Part shown: piece after piece, positions 24,335 to 28,944 of the stretch
Layout of the letters: each line of letters begins with the position of its first letter
Position numbering within the stretch: position 1 is the stretch's first letter
Assembly: GCA_035456245.1 (NCBI GenBank)
Contig: DATIDO010000550.1
Span: 1 to 28,944 of the forward strand
DNA length: 28,944 bases
Direction of reading: 5' to 3'
DNA from: Polyangiaceae bacterium
Lineage (GTDB): Bacteria > Myxococcota_A > Polyangia > Polyangiales > Polyangiaceae
Translations under genes and position numbers: made by a program
Notes under the pieces: model-generated
What the model saw: the letters and a program-made list of their open reading frames with translations, nothing else
The model's database searches: none
What the model was told of the DNA's origin: nothing

Positions 24335-25638
24335 GCTCGCCGAGCCGGCGCCAGCTGCTCGCTTCGGGGCTGGCCTGGATGCTCGCTCAGTTGGCTCCCC
24401 GCTCCGCAGCCGCCGTCGCGCGCGAGCCCTACGGGGGGCGACTCCAGCTGTCCCTGCCGCTCGATGCGGAGCGCCTCGATCCACACGAGGCCGACGATCT
24501 GGGCGCAGCCCTGCTCGGCGGCAACTTGTTCGAGAGCTTGTTCGCGCTCGACGGGCGTGGACAGCCGTACCCCACCTTGGCCGCCGAGCTGCCCGAGGAG
24601 CGTCGCGGTCGCCTGCACCTGCGCCTGCGCCCCGAACTCCACAGCGCGCGCGGCAAGCTGCTCGATGCCGCAGACGCAGTCGCCTCGCTCACTCGCGCCG
24701 AGCGCGCGCAGCCTTGGCTACCAGCACTCGGCCCCGTCCGCCGCGAGAGCAGCGACGTGCTGTCCTTCCCGCTGACCCCGGCGCTCGAGCTGGCCCAGCG
24801 CCTCGCTTCGTCTCGCTTCGCGCTGGTGCCGAGCGACTTCGACGCGGGTCGACCCGATGGTCACGGCGCCTTCGTCGCCAACCGGAGCGGCACTTCTCTC
24901 GAGCTGCTCCGCAACGTCAACGCCGCGCGTGGCGGCTCCTACTTGGACGCTGTGGGCATCGAGTGCAGCGAGCTGTCGGAGTGTCTGCGAGCCTTCGAGA
25001 GCGGTCGCAGCGAGCTCGGTTGGCTCGGCGATGGGCTCTACCAGAAGCGGGCCGCGACCGTGCCCTTCCGGCTCGCGCCGCTCGGCTTCGTCTACGTGCG
25101 ACCCGGCCGCAAGCTCGGGCGCCTGGCCGCCCCCGGCGTCCTGACCGCCGCGCTCGAGGCCACGCCCAGTCGCGCGCTCGACGCGCTGGGCTACCAGCGC
25201 ACCACGGTCCCCACGGCGCGCGCCGTCAGCGGCCTGTCGGGAGCACTCTGCTACCCACGCGGCGCGCCGCAGCTGCGCGCCACCGCCGAGGCCTTGGCCG
25301 AGGCCTGGTCGACGGCCCAGACCCGCATCGAGCCGCGCGAGCTCGGCCGACAAGAAGCCAGCGAGCTGCGCAAGCGAGGCGACTTCGAGTTGATGCTGGG
25401 CTTCGCGCGCACCGCTGGGCTCGACGAGCGCGCGCTCCACTCGCTGCTGTTCCATCTGGACGGCGCGCCCGTGCCCACACGCTTCACGCCCGAACCACCC
25501 GAACGCCTCGTCCGTCGCCTCGGACTGGGAATCGTCGGTTGGCTCGCGCCCAGCGGCGCGTGCGTCCCGTCCTTCGCAGGCGCGCTCACTGGCGCAGCCA
25601 TCGAGCTGACCGAGCAGAAGATCCGCCCGATCCGCTGA
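24331..25638 (+). CDS. ABC-type solute-binding protein, family 5 (peptide/nickel)-like, Tat-exported
   Basis: SRRQLL twin-arginine signal. EPYGGRLQL..LDP..LFESLFALD..GQPYPTLA..LRLRP...DAADAVASL is a typical SBP_bac_5 N-terminus. The C-terminal half is divergent and short (435 aa). Confidence 0.72.
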   Translation: MSSPSRRQLLASGLAWMLAQLAPRSAAAVAREPYGGRLQLSLPLDAERLDPHEADDLGAALLGGNLFESLFALDGRGQPYPTLAAELPEERRGRLHLRLRPELHSARGKLLDAADAVASLTRAERAQPWLPALGPVRRESSDVLSFPLTPALELAQRLASSRFALVPSDFDAGRPDGHGAFVANRSGTSLELLRNVNAARGGSYLDAVGIECSELSECLRAFESGRSELGWLGDGLYQKRAATVPFRLAPLGFVYVRPGRKLGRLAAPGVLTAALEATPSRALDALGYQRTTVPTARAVSGLSGALCYPRGAPQLRATAEALAEAWSTAQTRIEPRELGRQEASELRKRGDFELMLGFARTAGLDERALHSLLFHLDGAPVPTRFTPEPPERLVRRLGLGIVGWLAPSGACVPSFAGALTGAAIELTEQKIRPIR

Positions 25639-25653
25639 TGGTTTGCTGACCAG

Positions 25654-25675
25654 GCTGGAATTTCCGCCTTCCAGC
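25654..25675 (+). terminator. Hairpin downstream of the M16/SBP operon
   Basis: gctggaa-tttccgcc-ttccagc (7 bp) in a T-rich intergenic gap; no clean U-tract directly follows. Confidence 0.3.
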
Positions 25676-25736
25676 GTGTCGGTCGAGCCTTTTCGGTTTG
25701 ACCGCACCCCGGCCGTTTGGTTGGTTTCGGCCGCCC

Positions 25737-27671
25737 ATGCAATCTTCCTTGTTGAAGCGGCCGATGAACGACCGCGAGCGCCGCTCCGCCATCGCGCTGG
25801 CTCGCGCCATCCTGCCCTCGACCGACAAGATGCAGGGCGCCGACGAGCAAACCGTTCGTTTCACCGAAGGCTTCATCGGGAACATGTTGCCCGAGGCCAA
25901 GAAGCCCTGGGCCGCCGCCCAGCGCGCCCTGGCCCAGGCTGCCCGACTGTTCACGGGTAAGGCGCTCGAAGATCTGTCGGACCAAGAGGCCGAAGAGCTC
26001 GTGGCCCGCTGGGCAGAACACCCGCTGCTCGGCTCGGCGGTCAACGCCGTGGCATCGGTCTACAAGATCACCCACTTCGATCGCACCGACATGCGAGGCG
26101 CGCTCCGCCATCGCCTGGGTGTGATCGAGAACATCGAACAGCCGCGCTGGCTCGAGCAGATCGTGCGCGCCGAGGACTTCGACGACGCCGAAGAGCTGGA
26201 GTGTGACGTCGTCGTGATTGGTACGGGCGCCGGTGGCGCCGTGGTCGGCCGTCACCTCGCCGAGCAAGGCTTGGCGGTCGTCTTCGTCGAAGAAGGCGAA
26301 CACCGTCGCCGCAACGACTTCGAAGGCAACTTCGTCTGGACGCTCGAGCACCTCTACCGGAACGTCATGACGCTGGGGAACGCCCCGCTCTTGATCCCGC
26401 AAGGCCGCTTGGTCGGCGGTTCGACGGCCGTGAACGGCGGCTCGTCGTTCCGTCCGCCCGCCTGGGTGACCGATCGCTGGTGCGAAGAGTTCGGCAGCGA
26501 CGAATTCTCGAGCGACGCCTTGGCCCCCTACTTCGACCGCACCGAAACCATTCTGCAAGTCGAGCCCGCCGACACCCGCTACACGGGCCCCATCCACGAC
26601 ATCTTCGTGCGCGGAACCGAAGCGCTCGGCTGGCACCACGACGTCATCCGCCGCAACGCCCCGGGCTGCCGCGGCGAGGGCTTCTGTGACAATGGCTGCC
26701 GCACGGACGCGCGCCGCTCCACCAACATCTCCTATCTGCCCGACGCCTTCGCGCGGGGTGCGTTCCTGCTCACCGGCATGCGCGCCGACAAACTGCTGAT
26801 GGAAGGCGGGCGCGCCGTGGGCATCGAGGGCGTCGCCCTGACCCGCTCGCGCGACGAGGTTGCCTCGACTCGCGGCCCCAAGCGCGTGCGTGTGAAGGGG
26901 CGTGCCGTGATCTTGGCGGCGGGTTCGCTGTCGTCGCCGCTGTTCTTGCTCTCCCAAGGCCTCGCCAACTCCAGCGGGCAGGTGGGCAAGAACCTCACCG
27001 TCCACCCGTCGGGCCCGGTCATCGGACTGTTCGACGAACTGGTGCAGGGCGGCAACTACATCCCGCAGGCCGACTTTTCCCATCAGTTCCTGAACGACGG
27101 CATGATGCTGCTGTCGGCCTCTCCCGATCCCCACATGGCGCCTCCGCTCCTGCCGTTCGTCGGTCGGCGGCTCATGTCGCTGCTCGAGAAGACCGACCAC
27201 CTCGGTGGCGTCGGCTACATGATCAGCGATTCGTCGAAGGGTCGGGTCCGCGTCGGGCCGCTCGGCAAGCCGCTCGTGACCTACAACTTCACCAGCGAAG
27301 ACGTAGCCCGCAGTCACCGCGCGCTGGTGCGCTGCGCCGAGATCCTGCTGGCCGCCGGTGCCCAGGAAGTCTATCCGGGTCTGCTCAGCCCCGTCACCAT
27401 CCGCGGAAGGGAAGGGCTCGAGACGTTCCGTCAGCGCAAGCTGAAGGCCAGCGAGCTGCTGCTCACCAGCTACCATCCGCTCGGCACCTGCCGCATGAGC
27501 AAGAACCCGCGTGACGGTGTGGTGGATACCAATCACCAGAGCCACGACGTGCCGGGCCTGTTCGTGGTCGACGGCAGCGTGGTGAGTGGCCCCTTGGGCG
27601 TGAACCCGCAGATCACCATCATGGGTCTGGCCACGCGCGCTGCCGAGAAGATCGGCGCGCTGCTGACCTGA
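25737..27671 (+). CDS. GMC-family FAD oxidoreductase with an N-terminal extra domain
   Basis: VVIGTGAGG (Rossmann), GRLVGGSTAVNGG, ILAAGSLSSP, GKNLTVHP, YHPLGTCRM, VVDGS, GVNPQITIMGLA. Start is ATG 25737 or 25764. Confidence 0.92.
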   Translation: MQSSLLKRPMNDRERRSAIALARAILPSTDKMQGADEQTVRFTEGFIGNMLPEAKKPWAAAQRALAQAARLFTGKALEDLSDQEAEELVARWAEHPLLGSAVNAVASVYKITHFDRTDMRGALRHRLGVIENIEQPRWLEQIVRAEDFDDAEELECDVVVIGTGAGGAVVGRHLAEQGLAVVFVEEGEHRRRNDFEGNFVWTLEHLYRNVMTLGNAPLLIPQGRLVGGSTAVNGGSSFRPPAWVTDRWCEEFGSDEFSSDALAPYFDRTETILQVEPADTRYTGPIHDIFVRGTEALGWHHDVIRRNAPGCRGEGFCDNGCRTDARRSTNISYLPDAFARGAFLLTGMRADKLLMEGGRAVGIEGVALTRSRDEVASTRGPKRVRVKGRAVILAAGSLSSPLFLLSQGLANSSGQVGKNLTVHPSGPVIGLFDELVQGGNYIPQADFSHQFLNDGMMLLSASPDPHMAPPLLPFVGRRLMSLLEKTDHLGGVGYMISDSSKGRVRVGPLGKPLVTYNFTSEDVARSHRALVRCAEILLAAGAQEVYPGLLSPVTIRGREGLETFRQRKLKASELLLTSYHPLGTCRMSKNPRDGVVDTNHQSHDVPGLFVVDGSVVSGPLGVNPQITIMGLATRAAEKIGALLT

Positions 27672-27689
27672 AGCGGCTGGCTCCGTCAG

Positions 27690-27739
27690 CGGGCCCATTC
27701 GGTTGGGCCCGAGCCCGAAGCGGCGCGTTCGCGCGCCGC
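27690..27739. terminator. Two GC-rich hairpins between the convergent GMC and ALDH genes
   Basis: cgggccca-ttcggt-tgggcccg (27690-27711) and gcggcgcg-TTCG-cgcgccgc (27720-27739); no U-tract. Confidence 0.4.
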
Positions 27740-27778
27740 CCGTCCTGTCGGAAAGCCATCCTGTCGAGGAACCGGCGC

Positions 27779-28944
27779 TCAGCCGATACCGAAGAACGCC
27801 TTCACCCGCGCCGCCCGCCTCTGCAACAGCAGCGGGATGCGGAAGGCCCGCGCGATGCGGCCCCGCTGTGCGTCGGCCAACAGGTGACCGAGCTCGACCA
27901 GATCGTCGTCGAACGGCGCCCAGAACGGCTCGACGCCGTGCGAACGATCGACCACCACCGTCTTGGGGCGAGCGAAGGTGAGCAGCGACCAGGCGCTGTT
28001 GGCGATGCCGTGCCCCGAATCGCGACGACCGCTCCAGGGCAGGTCGGCGATCGCGCCCGTGAATGCGTGGTTGTTCACGGTCACCACGCCCACGTCCAAG
28101 TCACGGGCCAGCACCTCGGCGCGCGCCGTGTCGGCCGTCCAGAGCGAGGCCGTGAGACCGTAACGGCCGCGGTTCACGCGGCGGATGGCGTCCGCCGGTC
28201 CGTCGACGGCGACGATCGGCAGCAAGGGACCGAACGTCTCTTCGCTCACCACCAACATGTCGTCGGTGCAGTTGGCCAGCACCGTCGGCTCCATGAACAG
28301 GCCCCGGTGCCCGCCACCGCAGAGCACCTCGGCGCCCTTGGCAATCGCGTCCTCGAGCTGAGCCAACACGGCCCGCAGCTGCCCCTCGTGGGCCAGCGGA
28401 GCGAGCGTACCGGAGAGCCCCGGCTCGGTCGGTGCCTGCAGGCGGCGGAAGGCGTCAGCCAAGCGCTCGGCGAGCGGCCCGGCGATGCGGGAGTCGGCGT
28501 AAACGACCTCGATGGCGCCACACGCCTGCCCTGCGTTCTGCAGCGCCCAGTGCGTGATGCCCGCGACCGTGCGCGGTAGCTCGGCGTCGCCGAGTACGAT
28601 GGCGGCGTCGTTACCGCCTTGCTCGGCGCTGACCGCGATACCGCGCTGCTGGCAGCTGCGCTCGACCTCGGCGCCCACGCGGCTCGAGCCGGTGAACACG
28701 CAGGCATCGATGTCGGCGGCCACCAGCGCGGCCCCCACCTGGCCGTCGCCCTGAATCAACTCGAGGACGTGAGGCGGCAGCTCGGCCTGCAACTGGCGCA
28801 CGAACCAGGCGCTCGAGCGCGGCGAGTGCTCACTCGGCTTGAGCACCACGGCGTTGCCCAAGAGCAGCGCCGGAAACACGCTGCGGTACAGCCCCGCGAT
28901 GGGGAAATTCCCGGGCGCGATCACCCCCACCACGCCGCGCGGCG
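27779..28944 (-). CDS. Aldehyde dehydrogenase family protein, 5' end outside window
   Basis: PRGVVGVIAPGNFP, VVLKPSEHSP, FTGSSRVG, EQGGND (general-base Glu), NAGQAC (catalytic Cys), EETFGP, YGLTAS; the frame stays open to the window edge. Confidence 0.93.
   Translation of the reverse strand, partial: PRGVVGVIAPGNFPIAGLYRSVFPALLLGNAVVLKPSEHSPRSSAWFVRQLQAELPPHVLELIQGDGQVGAALVAADIDACVFTGSSRVGAEVERSCQQRGIAVSAEQGGNDAAIVLGDAELPRTVAGITHWALQNAGQACGAIEVVYADSRIAGPLAERLADAFRRLQAPTEPGLSGTLAPLAHEGQLRAVLAQLEDAIAKGAEVLCGGGHRGLFMEPTVLANCTDDMLVVSEETFGPLLPIVAVDGPADAIRRVNRGRYGLTASLWTADTARAEVLARDLDVGVVTVNNHAFTGAIADLPWSGRRDSGHGIANSAWSLLTFARPKTVVVDRSHGVEPFWAPFDDDLVELGHLLADAQRGRIARAFRIPLLLQRRAARVKAFFGIG

Noticed and set aside
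25251-27698. 815-aa ORF on the - strand
   Set aside because: Mirror frame of the GMC gene; no recognisable domain.
1-28944. Mobile element, prophage or anti-phage defence island
   Set aside because: No integrase, transposase, terminal repeats, phage genes or compositional shift seen; gene content is core or envelope-related.

Overview
A GC-rich (roughly 70% by eye) bacterial chromosome segment. The gene families (DUF1552, tandem bactofilins, an M16 peptidase pair, a large Asp-box lipoprotein) point to a myxobacterium (Polyangia/Sorangium-like), which is an inference from gene content. About 25 densely packed CDS are supported. Most are core or envelope genes: Tat-exported DUF1552 (5' end off-window), rhodanese, RNase J, a Shewanella-like phosphatase lipoprotein, GT2, a ~1030-aa Asp-box lipoprotein, trxA, two bactofilins, pyrE, an RlmI-like methyltransferase, Nudix, rsgA, a pseudo-receiver/LuxR regulator, D-aminoacylase, a small basic protein, bfr, bfd, an M16 peptidase pair with a secreted protein and an orphan Tat solute-binding protein, a GMC flavoprotein, and ALDH (5' end off-window). 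I found no tRNA, rRNA, CRISPR array, integrase or transposase. The most unusual stretch is 17.6-19.7 kb. It holds a very basic putative DNA-binding protein with a near-consensus sigma70 promoter, followed by an 18-bp repeat array of TGACG/CGTCA half-sites and mutually exclusive hairpins. It continues with a bacterioferritin whose ferroxidase ligand His130 is Ala, and a divergent bfd behind a Fur-like box. Other candidates are the all-exported M16/secreted protein/SBP operon lacking permeases, and a GMC dehydrogenase with a fused small-subunit-like domain and a C-x5-C-x3-C motif. All product calls come from motif recognition, with no database searches, and most long ORFs in the supplied track are antisense or off-frame shadows typical of high-GC DNA.
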